This document shows, piece by piece, positions 24,534 to 24,534 of a stretch of 24,534 nucleotides of DNA. The position numbers were made by a program, and so were the translations under genes. This DNA comes from Candidatus Bathyarchaeia archaeon (lineage in GTDB: Archaea > Thermoproteota > Bathyarchaeia > Bathyarchaeales > Bathycorpusculaceae): positions 1 through 24,534 of the forward strand of contig JAVZLK010000024.1 of assembly GCA_038883795.1 (NCBI GenBank), written 5' to 3'. The notes beneath the pieces were generated by a model, which did not search any database, was not told the origin of the DNA, and saw only the letters and a list, made by a program, of their open reading frames with translations. Within the stretch, counting starts at the first letter, position 1; the number at the start of each line of letters is the position of its first letter.

Positions 24534-24534
24534 G

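Noticed and set aside
1-24534. CRISPR array, IS element or rRNA
   Set aside because: No regularly spaced short repeats, transposase motifs or rRNA-like sequence seen. The remaining short track ORFs overlap better-supported genes and are treated as spurious.

Overview
Archaeal DNA, most likely TACK and probably Bathyarchaeia (inferred from the archaeal RpoB, a BHB-intron tRNA, PEF-CTERM tails and the gene inventory; no search was run). The left part (1-10.3 kb) holds the 5' end of rpoB, tRNA-Leu(CAA) with a 35-nt intron, two related membrane proteins, nadA, and nikR divergent from a nikM-nikN-ECF S component-FmdE-DUF1893-thioredoxin cluster with a NikR-type operator. A DUF2148 Fe-S protein, hypotheticals and an Lrp regulator follow. 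The right part (10.3-24.5 kb, all minus strand) is an array of secreted surface proteins. About 8 cohesin-like and 3 type-II-like dockerin modules are spread over PEF-CTERM-anchored 'anchoring scaffoldins', cohesin+dockerin 'adaptors' and a dockerin-tagged cargo protein, with no recognisable catalytic domain in the window. This cellulosome-like archaeal surface-assembly system is the main candidate finding. It shows patchwork DNA identity between cohesins, swappable C-terminal anchors and a decayed paralog relic. All domain calls are by motif recognition and need HMM or structure confirmation.
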